From Actinomycetes bacterium (lineage in GTDB: Bacteria; Actinomycetota; CALGFH01): a stretch of 64,000 bases of DNA. Positions 29,101 through 37,852 of this stretch are shown here, one piece after another. The first letter of the stretch is position 1; the number at the start of each line of letters is the position of its first letter. The translations under genes were made by a program, and so were the position numbers. A model generated the notes under the pieces. That model was not told where the DNA came from. It was given only the letters and a program-made list of their open reading frames with translations, and made no database searches. Where the stretch lies: positions 204-64,203 of the forward strand of contig DASVXQ010000414.1 in the NCBI GenBank assembly GCA_036392615.1, read 5' to 3'.

Positions 29101-30361
29101 CAAGCTCGACTCCACCTACCAGTACGCGGGCCGCACAGTCAACGACCTCCGCAACCTCTACGCGGGCGAGTCGGCGCCGCCGATGCGGATCAGCCTGCCG
29201 ACCTCCGGCATCTTCGCCGAGGCCGTCCTGGGCAAATGCAACAGCTGCGAGACGATCGACGACACCAGGTTCTGGCGCTGGGAGGAGGCCCCGATCCCGG
29301 ACCGGCCCACACCGATCCAGGCGCTCTCGACCGACAGCCGCCGCACCACGCCGCCGTCGCTCACCCCGGACCAGTTCCCCGACGCCCTGGTGCGTCTGCA
29401 GGACGTGCCGTCCGCCCCGGACCCGACCGGGCTGGGCGCCGCCCTCGCTGCGCTCGGCATGGGCAACATCTTCAAGGACCTGACCGGCCTCGCGCTGAAC
29501 CAGTCGAACGCCGCCGAGGGGCTCAAGGCGTCGCTCACCGCGGCGCAGGGGTTCGCCTCGCGCGCCGGCGCGCTCGCGCAGCAGAAGTTCCTCAACCGCG
29601 AGCTCGACCGAAGCCTCGACCACATCAAGGACGCCCGCGACAAGAAGCTCATCACCGACGACCAGGCGAAGTCACTCACCGAGAGCGTCCTGCGCGGCGC
29701 GATCGGCGAGCCGAGGCCGCAGCAGGCCTCGCCGATCGACGACCCGGCGGTCCAGCGGGCGATGGAGCGGGTGCCCAGGTCGGCGAACGGATCGCTCCGG
29801 GTGGTCCGGCCCGACGGAACCGTCGAGGTCAAGACGGGCCGGGCGGTGTCGCCGGCGATCGACGTGGCCGTCGACCCGGCGGTCGCGCCGGTCCTTCAGC
29901 CGAGCGACATGACCTGCTGGGCGGCGGGCGGCACGATGATGGACTCCTGGCGAGCGCAGCAATCCAAGACCATCGAGTCTGTGCTCGACCAGCTCGGCGG
30001 GGACTGGCGCACGAAGTTCGACGCCAACGAGGGGTTGAGCGCCGCCGAGTTCCGCGCGTTCGCCGGTGTCCTCAATCTGGTGGAGGAGGGGCCGGCCAGC
30101 TACACGCCGCAGGGCCTGGCACGGCTCCTGACCGAGCGTGGGCCGTTGCTCGAGATCGGCGACGACGGGATCGAGAACAACAAGATCGTCCACGTGCGGA
30201 TCATCACGGCGGTCAGGGGCGATGGCAGCGCCGATGGGACAACGGTCACCCTCGCCGACTCGGCCACCGGCACGATCGTCACCGAGCCGTTCTCCGAATT
30301 CGACCGCCGCCACGGCGCCACCGACGCCGTCGACGTCGGCCTGGGGCTCTTCCACTACTGA
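26141..30361 (+). CDS. Giant protein B (1406 aa): paralog of A over the N-terminal region and core, with a different C-terminal papain-like cysteine peptidase/amidase cassette
   Basis: ATG 26141 follows GAGGGGA. Core motifs: WRADGYSRGDLLYSLPLAPGQ, ANYNHCHALTMEYFEVLRH, HYHRAIWLTMDPNRRYMLLD, GKCNSCETIDDTRFWRW. The tail has LQPSDMTCWAAGGTMMDSW (Gln 29897, Cys 29915) and NKIVHVRIITAVRGDG (His 30191). Confidence 0.8.
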   Translation: MTRIAGKLTSDTAGDLSGLSVVATFEERVQIGDASDFRPGRRETQTGPGGQFDLEVPDADGRRGPVTITAYGRDGLDTGEVELAAEGPFDEVVVEVALGTPTSVTPSDDITLGEQLKYTGRVIDPSGRGVDAGLITVIWARADGEDPAPVSVTRTAQAGYISGPWVSQTYAEAYGVVSGGEPIPIALEDSRLPRRLILVVPVAPAQPHDDDCECHETGPLRSPDQVDLAGNPEAFARDATGCVDFTIPSRTVEEVTYQAVVRTTQPALKGTVPRRPPVIPPVLIDRLANLAELGLAFDDRVAGGRFIRSNVTTTPALTAREAADNPGLEVTDIGRGGAAIDVVTAALRTARRILPGIDLDSGTFLADPPDTMARRALAARVADREPLRLEASVIGELVREPGGVTSRRLLEAEQTSVVRSFRTAVGLLATPNPGRHELDDTHQIDWEQIPDPYQATTIAHGHLLTMKQVWRADGYSRGDLLYSLPLAPGQQKLISILDWNRSEVSSRRAQRFETEDLRADLDHDRDVSDVIRTTLSERMDASSHADTESVAAGIAGFIGPVVFGAAGGVSSAGSNANQTSARSVTGMALNRVRDRTLQSASAVRSQRASVVQTARQGESVRAQTEVVANYNHCHALTMEYFEVLRHLQVSQELAAVDECLFIPFSITPFSASKALRWRDPLRRGLRDRSLEWAFDALERVDSNWVDADFPAGRYADEPLTYLDGEFWISARLPRPADGANGEFAQTNWNAYESAGLLWDSAANIWNRYMGTTVAALRDRVWDTRVAPGIAQRLLERLTVRLAEDGAASSTLSVDPTLVDSFAQDREMLVALRVNTPLPVKTRSQVDRVEISLAVTNLPPGAELTVRSGTVRYRTDHLTADLFGSRRIQNDLTLGDTVEIATPLTLQEKRDPRQRDRRYAARLLDHLNDHVEHYHRAIWLTMDPNRRYMLLDGFVAPDAGGKSVASVVENRVIGVVGNSLVMRVAPGIKLDSTYQYAGRTVNDLRNLYAGESAPPMRISLPTSGIFAEAVLGKCNSCETIDDTRFWRWEEAPIPDRPTPIQALSTDSRRTTPPSLTPDQFPDALVRLQDVPSAPDPTGLGAALAALGMGNIFKDLTGLALNQSNAAEGLKASLTAAQGFASRAGALAQQKFLNRELDRSLDHIKDARDKKLITDDQAKSLTESVLRGAIGEPRPQQASPIDDPAVQRAMERVPRSANGSLRVVRPDGTVEVKTGRAVSPAIDVAVDPAVAPVLQPSDMTCWAAGGTMMDSWRAQQSKTIESVLDQLGGDWRTKFDANEGLSAAEFRAFAGVLNLVEEGPASYTPQGLARLLTERGPLLEIGDDGIENNKIVHVRIITAVRGDGSADGTTVTLADSATGTIVTEPFSEFDRRHGATDAVDVGLGLFHY

Positions 30362-30587
30362 GGATCCATCCGGCTCGCCCTGCTCCGCGGCGCGAGGAAG
30401 CGCCATCGTCTCCGGGCAAGTGGCTAACTGGTGCGCAAGGGCTTCGACGAAGCGAGATGGGTGCGTTGGAATCCGATCCGCGCGGTCGCGTCCATGGTCG
30501 CGTTCGGCCGCCTCGCCTGGACGCCGGTCTTGTACGGTCGTATCCCACGCGCCGGGAGTTGATCAACTCGGGAGGACGGGATCAACG

Positions 30588-31544
30588 ATGAAGGCGATTC
30601 GCTTGCATGCTCCAGGGGGGGTGGACAACCTCGTCGTCGAGGAGATCGCGACCCCGACGCCGGCCGCTGGCGAGGCGCTGGTCCGAGTCCACGCCGCCGG
30701 CATCACCCGCGGCGAGCTGGACTGGCCGGTCGACCGCCTGCCCGCCATCCCTTCCTATGAGCTGTCCGGAACGGTCGTCGCCCTTGGCGAGGGCGCCGTT
30801 GGGGTGGCACCTGGGCAGGCCGTGTGCGCCCTGACCGACTTCGATCGCGACGGCGTGGCCGCCGAGTACGCCGCTGTCCCGGCCGAGCGGCTGGCCCTCA
30901 AGCCGAGCCGGCTCAACGATGCTGAGAGTGCTGCCCTGCCGCTGGCGGCGCTGAGCGCCATGCAGGGTCTGTTCGACCACGGCCGGTTGCAGGCGGGCCA
31001 ACGGGTCCTGGTTCTGGGCGCAGCCGGTGGCGTCGGCATGTTCGCGGTGCAACTGGCCAGCTTGCGCGGCGCCTACGTGATCGCGTCGACCTCCGCGGAG
31101 AACGTGGATGCGGTGCGGGCGCTTGGCGCCCACGAGGTGGTGGACAGCAAGGCGGTCGACTTCCCGGCAGTCGAGCCGGTGCACCTGGTCTTCGATACCG
31201 CGGGCGGAGATCGGCTCGCCCGGTCCGTTTCGCTGCTGGAGCAGGGTGGGCGGCTGGTGTCGGTGGCGGAGGAGCCGCCCCGTGACCTGTGCGCCGAGCG
31301 CGGGGTGGAGGGCATGCACTTCGTCGTCGAGCCCAATCGGGTCCAACTCGGCGAGCTGACCGGACTCGCCGACCAAGGCCTGCTGCGGGTGCTGGTGGGC
31401 GCGACCTATCCGTTGGCGGACGCCCGGAAGGCATTCGAGCGCAGCCTCGCGCGTGGCGGGCGGGGCAAGGTGGTGCTCATGGTCGTGGGCGGCGATGGTC
31501 GGACCGGCGAGGGCGCGGCATCGGCTGGCGCCATGGGGCACTGA
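30588..31544 (+). CDS. NADPH:quinone oxidoreductase-like medium-chain dehydrogenase/reductase (zinc-independent MDR)
   Basis: MKAIRLHAPGGVDNLVVEEIATPTPAAGEALVRVHAAGITRGE ... GQRVLVLGAAGGVGMFAVQLA ... GRGKVVL. ATG 30588 follows GGGAGGA. Confidence 0.75.
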   Translation: MKAIRLHAPGGVDNLVVEEIATPTPAAGEALVRVHAAGITRGELDWPVDRLPAIPSYELSGTVVALGEGAVGVAPGQAVCALTDFDRDGVAAEYAAVPAERLALKPSRLNDAESAALPLAALSAMQGLFDHGRLQAGQRVLVLGAAGGVGMFAVQLASLRGAYVIASTSAENVDAVRALGAHEVVDSKAVDFPAVEPVHLVFDTAGGDRLARSVSLLEQGGRLVSVAEEPPRDLCAERGVEGMHFVVEPNRVQLGELTGLADQGLLRVLVGATYPLADARKAFERSLARGGRGKVVLMVVGGDGRTGEGAASAGAMGH

Positions 31545-31550
31545 ACCTGG

Positions 31551-31960
31551 GTGGACAACGACCGTGCGGTGGATTGGTATGAGCTGTCAGAGCTGTACCG
31601 GATCGCCCGCTCGGCGATAAACCGCCGGAGAGTCTGGCGACGGTCTTCGGGAACAGCATGTTCAAGTGCTTCGTCTATGACCGTGACCATCTGGTCGCCG
31701 TCGGACGCGCTGGCTGACGGCCTGGACTGCTCGTACAGCTGCGATGTCGCTGTCCGCCCGGAGCACCACGGGCGCGGGCTGGGGAAGGCCGTAATCAACG
31801 AGCTCGTGGCGCGCTCACGCGGGCACAGGAAGATCATCCTGTATGCCAACTCCGGGACAGAGGGGTTCTATGCCAAGCTCGGCTCTTACCGGATGAATAC
31901 GGCGATGGCGATCTGGCGGGACCCGGAACGGGCCATCGTGGCCGGGCTGATCCGCAGGCT
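31551..31960 (+). pseudogene. GNAT-family N-acetyltransferase with two compensating frameshifts and no nearby stop
   Basis: Main frame: WYELSELYRIA ... ALADGLDCSYSCDVAVRPEHHGRGLGKAVINELVARSRGHRKIILYANSGTEGFYAKLGSYRMNTAMAIW. The conserved middle, PLGDKPPESLATVFGNSMFKCFVYDRDHLVAVGRA, is readable only in a second frame between about 31607 and about 31710. Confidence 0.6.
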
Positions 31961-32010
31961 GGGCGCGGTTACAGTTGGTCAGGCATCCGCGGCTGGTGAG
32001 GGGGGAGCTG

Positions 32011-32499
32011 ATGAGCCAGGTAACGGAGCATCTCGAAACCCGCGGCGTCCCATTCGAGCCGATCGCGCACCAGCAGAGCTACACCTCGATCGCCGAGGCG
32101 AGGACGCTCGGCATCGATGCCAGCGAGGTCCTCAAGACGGTCGCGGTGCGTGTCGCGGGCGGCTATGCCCTGATGGGGGTTCCGGCTACCTGCCGCCTCG
32201 ACATGCACCTGGTGCAAGCAGCAGTTGGCGACCGCCATGTGCGGCTTGCCACCGAAGAGGAGCTGCTGCGGGACTTTCCAGACGTCGAGCTGGGCGCCTT
32301 GCCGCCGCTTGGCTCACTGCTGGGCGCACCGCTCTACCTCGATCAGGAGGTGCTCCAGCATGAAAGGGTGGTCTTTGCCGCGGGGAGCCAGACCCAGTCC
32401 ATTCAGATCAGGACGGCGGATCTGGTCCAGCACGAGCAGGCAACCACCGTGCCGCTGATCAAGCATGCTGACGAGAATCACAAGGACTGGCTGCGGTAG
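32011..32499 (+). CDS. YbaK/EbsC-type aminoacyl-tRNA deacylase-domain protein
   Basis: MSQVTEHLETRGVPFEPIAH...TSIAEARTLGIDASEVLKTVAVRVAGGYALMGVPATCRLDMHLV ... GALPPLGSLLGAPLYLDQEV...ERVVFAAGS. ATG 32011 follows GGGGGGAG. Confidence 0.7.
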   Translation: MSQVTEHLETRGVPFEPIAHQQSYTSIAEARTLGIDASEVLKTVAVRVAGGYALMGVPATCRLDMHLVQAAVGDRHVRLATEEELLRDFPDVELGALPPLGSLLGAPLYLDQEVLQHERVVFAAGSQTQSIQIRTADLVQHEQATTVPLIKHADENHKDWLR

Positions 32500-32626
32500 C
32501 CAACGGTCCACACGCCCACCGCGGCGCGGCTCATCCTAGACCCTACTGGCGATCGCGCCGGCCCTTCGGCGGCAGCAGACCTTCGAGATCCCCAGGGGCC
32601 CGGCGATCAGCCCGCGGGAGTCGCCG

Positions 32627-33358
32627 TCAGCGGGCGACGAGCGTGACCTCGATGGAGTACCGGTCGGCGAGATAGGCATGGTTGCCGTACTCGATGGCAC
32701 GGCCGGTCGCGTCGAAAGCCGTCCGGGTCATGGTGAGCATCGGCGTGCTGCGCCCGGCCTCCAGCAGCCTGGCCTCGTGGTTGGTGGCGGCACGGGCGGC
32801 GATCGTCTGGGTGGCCACCTGGGGCTGGATGCCCCGAGCGCGGAGGATCTGGTACAGCCCCTGGCTCCTGAGCATGTCGCCGTCGAGCTCGACCAGACCG
32901 CTGGGCAGGTAGTTGTGCATGACCGCCAGGGGAGCGTCGTCGGCGTAGCGGAGCCGTTCGAGGTAGAGCGTCGGCTCGCCTTCGGGTAGCGAGAGCGCCG
33001 CCGCGACGTCAGGATTCGCGGCTCGCGTCGTGACCGCGAGGATCTCGGTCCTCGGTCGACGGCCAGCGTGGGCCAGATCCTCGTAGAGGCTGGAGAGGGC
33101 CATGGGCCGCTTCACGGCCTTGGGGACGACGACCGTGCCGATGCCGCGCCGGCGGACGACAAGACCCTGGTTCACGAGCCGTTCGATCGCCTTGCGCATG
33201 GTGGGGCGGCTGACCGCGAGACGCTCGGACAGCTCGATCTCGTTGTCGAGCCGGGTTCCAGGCGCAAGCTCGCCGCGGCTGATGGCGTCCTCGAGCTGCC
33301 GGGCGATCTGGAAGTAGAGCGGGATCGGACTGGTCCGATCCAGGGGACTGCTGAGCAT
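32627..33358 (-). CDS. GntR-family (HutC/UTRA subfamily) transcriptional regulator, divergent from the ABC operon
   Basis: IPLYFQIARQLEDAISRGELAPGTRLDNEIELSERLAVSRPTMRKAIERLVNQGLVVRRRGIGTVVV plus a C-terminal UTRA-like half. The start could also be ATG 33370. Confidence 0.8.
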   Translation of the reverse strand: MLSSPLDRTSPIPLYFQIARQLEDAISRGELAPGTRLDNEIELSERLAVSRPTMRKAIERLVNQGLVVRRRGIGTVVVPKAVKRPMALSSLYEDLAHAGRRPRTEILAVTTRAANPDVAAALSLPEGEPTLYLERLRYADDAPLAVMHNYLPSGLVELDGDMLRSQGLYQILRARGIQPQVATQTIAARAATNHEARLLEAGRSTPMLTMTRTAFDATGRAIEYGNHAYLADRYSIEVTLVAR

Positions 33359-33623
33359 CGCAGCACCCATTCTCCTGTCGAATGGCGGGGGACACCGATG
33401 GCGCCTCACGCCGAGTCCCCTCTCCGGACTGCAGTGTAAGGCCTGGGACCCGAGCTCCCTCGCTGTTTGTGTTTACGTATTGACAATCATAGGACGGTCC
33501 ATGACCATGCAGCATCATCCGGGGGGTCAGGGCGGGAGATGAGGTGCTCGACGACGACCGGTTCGCCCAGCTTATCCGCGGGTGTTGCCTGCCTCGCTGA
33601 GGACAGGGCGTAAGGCGGCCACC

Positions 33624-34700
<1,077 letters not shown>

Positions 34701-34728
34701 GAGGATCTCTCACAGCGGGAGGGCGAGC

Positions 34729-36108
34729 ATGGGTGACGGCGTCAGGCGGCACGGGATCACGCGCAGGGAGCTGCTGAGGGTCGGCGCAGCGGGCACGCTC
34801 GCGGCCGGGCTGGGCCCACTCCTGTCAGCCTGCTCGGCCGGGCCGAAGACCAACACCTCGACCGCGTCCACCTCCGGCAAGGCAGGCGGGAAGATCACCA
34901 TCGGCAGCTTCCAGGACAACGCCATGAAGCCGTTCCGAGAGGTCTTCATTCAGCGGTTCACCAAGGAGACCGGCATCAAGGTCGAGTACAACGAGACCAA
35001 CTACGACACTTGGTACCAGAACGCGAAGAACGACGGCCTGCACAAGACTGGCGCCTACGACATCTACGTGATGGATGACAACTGGGTACCGGAGTTCGCC
35101 GCCGGCAACATCACACAGAGCCTCGACAAGCTCGGCTTCAAGCCGAACCCCGACATCCTGCCGAAGGGACTCCAGCAGGGGTACTGGCCACCGGTATCCG
35201 GCCCGCGCCTCAAGGACTTCGCCAGCGACCAGCCGCAGCTGTACGCGCTGGTGATCATCGACGACGTCGAGATGCTCTACTACAACAAGGACTACTTCCC
35301 GAGCGCACCGCAGACCTGGGATGACATCTACCAGGTGGCGAAGGCCAAGGCGCGCCCGCCTTCCCTGTACGGCTGGTCGGCGCGCGGGGTGAAGGGCAAC
35401 CCGATCATGCAGACGTACCTGCCGCTGCTCAACTCCTACGGTGGCGCGTTCGTCAACGACGACTGGTCACCCGGCTTCACAGGGCCCGAAGGCGTCGGCG
35501 CCCTGGAGCGCCTGTTCAGCTTCATTCCCTACATGCCGAAGTCGGTCGCCGAGTTCGACACCGACCAGGAGGTGCAGCTGCTGCTGCAGGGCAAGTGCAC
35601 GGCGCTGACCGAGTACACGGGCACCACCCACGCCGTTGACGACCCGGCATCCTCCAAGGTCGCCGGCAAGATCGATTTCGCAGCCACCCCGAAGCAGGAG
35701 CGCAGCGGGCCGGCGATCGGCACCTTCATCTGCGGCATCGCCTCCGGCGCCCCGAACACCGAGGGCGCGCTCAAGTTCCTCGAGTGGTTCACCAGCACCC
35801 CCGTGCAGACCGACTTCGCCCGGACCAACGGCAGCGCGGCCGTGACCAACACCGCGCTTCACGATTCCGAGGCGATCTCCAAGGCCCGCTGGCTGCCGGC
35901 GATCGCCGATGCGGTCAACAACTCGATCCCGAAGCCGAAGACGCCGGACGAGCCGAAGATGGAGGACATCCTGGGGACGCATCTGAATGAGGCCCTGGTC
36001 GAGGCGATGGGCGGGGGGCGCGACTTCACGGGGATCGCGAAGAAGCACCTGACCGCCGCCGGCAACGAGATCACCAACTTCTTCAAGCAGCAGGGCGGCT
36101 ACTTCTAA
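34729..36108 (+). CDS. ABC transporter extracellular solute-binding lipoprotein (sugar/polyol family, Tat-type signal)
   Basis: MGDGVRRHGITRRELLRVGAAGTLAAGLGPLLSACSAG (twin-Arg plus lipobox-like SAC). The body is typical of SBP_bac_1. Confidence 0.8.
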   Translation: MGDGVRRHGITRRELLRVGAAGTLAAGLGPLLSACSAGPKTNTSTASTSGKAGGKITIGSFQDNAMKPFREVFIQRFTKETGIKVEYNETNYDTWYQNAKNDGLHKTGAYDIYVMDDNWVPEFAAGNITQSLDKLGFKPNPDILPKGLQQGYWPPVSGPRLKDFASDQPQLYALVIIDDVEMLYYNKDYFPSAPQTWDDIYQVAKAKARPPSLYGWSARGVKGNPIMQTYLPLLNSYGGAFVNDDWSPGFTGPEGVGALERLFSFIPYMPKSVAEFDTDQEVQLLLQGKCTALTEYTGTTHAVDDPASSKVAGKIDFAATPKQERSGPAIGTFICGIASGAPNTEGALKFLEWFTSTPVQTDFARTNGSAAVTNTALHDSEAISKARWLPAIADAVNNSIPKPKTPDEPKMEDILGTHLNEALVEAMGGGRDFTGIAKKHLTAAGNEITNFFKQQGGYF

Positions 36109-36110
36109 CC

Positions 36111-37019
36111 GTGGCGACGATCACCGAGCGCGTGGCCGCCCGGCGCGCCGAGCGCCGAACAGCCACCCTGCCGTACGCGCTGCTGGTCCCGGCGGCCGTC
36201 GCGCTCGCCGCGGTCTCGGTGTACCCGCTGGTCTCCGGGATCCGGGCCAGCTTCACCCGGTTCCGCTACGGCCGCATCGTCGGGTCGGCGGGGCTCCAGA
36301 ACTACAACAACGTGCTGCACGACCAGACGTTCTGGGCAGCCATCCGCGTCACCGCCAGGTTCGTCGCGCTCGCCGTGACGGTGGAGACGCTGCTCGGCCT
36401 GTTGCTCGCCCTGCTGGTCGTCCGCGAGGTTCCCGGCACGCGCTTCATCCGCCTCTCACTGATCCTGCCCATGACCGTTGCTCCCGTGGTCGTCGGCGTC
36501 ATCTGGCGGCTCATGTACGCATCCGGGACGGGCCTGGTGAACCCGATGTTCGCTCACCTCGGCCTGCCCATGCCGGACGTGCTCTCCCACCCGGGAACGG
36601 CGTTCTACGGCCTGGTGCTGGTCGACGTCTGGGAGTGGACCCCGCTGCTGTTCCTGATCATCCTCGCGGGTCTCCAGTCGTTGCCGCAGGACCCGATCGA
36701 GGCCGCCGCGATCGATGGCGCCGGACCTCTGCGGACGTTCTTCGACCACACCCTGCCGCTGCTGAGCCCGGTCCTCTTCGTCGGCGTCATCTTGCGGCTC
36801 ATCGATGCCATCGGCACCTTCGATCAGATCTTCGTGCTGACCAGGGGCGGCCCCGGGACAGCGACGCAGCTCATCAGCATCTACGGGTACAACACCGCCT
36901 TCAACTTCACCCAGTACGGGAAGGCCGCGGCCATGCTCATCTCGCTGCTCGCCTTCGTCCTGCTGCTGATCAGCGCCGCCATCAACATGATGCGACGCTC
37001 GGCGAGGAGGACGGCATGA
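36111..37019 (+). CDS. ABC sugar transporter permease (BPD_transp_1)
   Basis: 6-TM protein with an EAA-type loop: QSLPQDPIEAAAIDGAGPLRTFFDHTLPLL. GTG start 3 nt after the previous stop. Confidence 0.8.
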   Translation: MATITERVAARRAERRTATLPYALLVPAAVALAAVSVYPLVSGIRASFTRFRYGRIVGSAGLQNYNNVLHDQTFWAAIRVTARFVALAVTVETLLGLLLALLVVREVPGTRFIRLSLILPMTVAPVVVGVIWRLMYASGTGLVNPMFAHLGLPMPDVLSHPGTAFYGLVLVDVWEWTPLLFLIILAGLQSLPQDPIEAAAIDGAGPLRTFFDHTLPLLSPVLFVGVILRLIDAIGTFDQIFVLTRGGPGTATQLISIYGYNTAFNFTQYGKAAAMLISLLAFVLLLISAAINMMRRSARRTA

Positions 37020-37852
37020 CCGCAACGGGCGATCGGGTACGCCTGGCGCTGAAGTACCTGGCGCTCGGGTTGGCGACGGTCGTCAGCCTCTTCCCGTTCT
37101 GGTGGATGCTCGACACGTCGCTGAAGCGTCAGGTCGACATCTTCAGCGGGGCCTCGCTGTACCCGCAGCATCCGACCGGAGACAACTACCGGCTGCTGTT
37201 CAGCCAGTACCACTTCGCCGCCTACCTCACCAACAGCATCCTCGTGGTGCTCGTATCGGTCGCGGTCAGCCTGGTCATCGGCACGCTCGCGGCGTACGCG
37301 CTGGCGCGTTTCGAGCTGGCCCTCCGCCTCAACCGGCTCGGGCTCGTCGCCGCGCTGCTGGTGCGGATGATCCCGCCGATCCTGCTGGTGGTGCCGTTCT
37401 ACATCGTCCTGTCGAACCTCGGCCTGCTCGACAGCCGGCTCGGCCTGGCACTGCTGTACACCGGCATCAATACGAGCTTCGTGATCTGGATGATGCAGAG
37501 CTTCCTCGCCGAGATCCCGGTCGACATCGAGGAGGCGGCCATGGTCGATGGCGACTCACGCCTCACGGCGCTGCGTCGGGTGGTGCTCCCACTGGTCGCG
37601 CCGGGCCTGGCCGCCACCGCGATCTTCAGCGTCATCAACACCTACAACGACTTCCTGATCGCGCTGACGATGACCTCGACCCCGTCGGCGCAGACGGTCC
37701 CGGTCGGCATCTCCGGCCTGATCGGGAAGATCCAGATCGCTTGGGGCCCGATGGCGGCGGCCGGGGTCGTTGGCGCGCTGCCGATCGTGATCTTCGCCCT
37801 GCTCGTGCAGCGCCACTTCGTGCGAGGCCTGACGTTGGGCGCTGTCAAGTGA
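37016..37852 (+). CDS. ABC sugar transporter permease (second subunit)
   Basis: FPFWWMLDTSLK ... EIPVDIEEAAMVDGDSRLTALRRVVLPLVAPG. ATG 37016 overlaps the upstream stop. Confidence 0.8.
   Translation: MTATGDRVRLALKYLALGLATVVSLFPFWWMLDTSLKRQVDIFSGASLYPQHPTGDNYRLLFSQYHFAAYLTNSILVVLVSVAVSLVIGTLAAYALARFELALRLNRLGLVAALLVRMIPPILLVVPFYIVLSNLGLLDSRLGLALLYTGINTSFVIWMMQSFLAEIPVDIEEAAMVDGDSRLTALRRVVLPLVAPGLAATAIFSVINTYNDFLIALTMTSTPSAQTVPVGISGLIGKIQIAWGPMAAAGVVGALPIVIFALLVQRHFVRGLTLGAVK

Noticed and set aside
20588-30361. Assignment of the giant proteins to known toxin-delivery families (RHS/YD, Tc toxins, T7SS LXG/WXG substrates, CDI/haemagglutinin, PAAR/VgrG, Streptomyces umbrella-toxin UmbC).
   Set aside because: I looked for YD repeats, an LXG/WXG N-terminus, ALF repeats, PAAR motifs, FHA repeats and signal peptides, and found none. 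The assignment is left open rather than forced.
30138-30587. N-terminal 150-aa extension of the oxidoreductase ORF, overlapping the end of giant gene B.
   Set aside because: It is an off-frame read-through of gene B and the intergenic region. The conserved MDR N-terminus starts at ATG 30588, after GGGAGGA.
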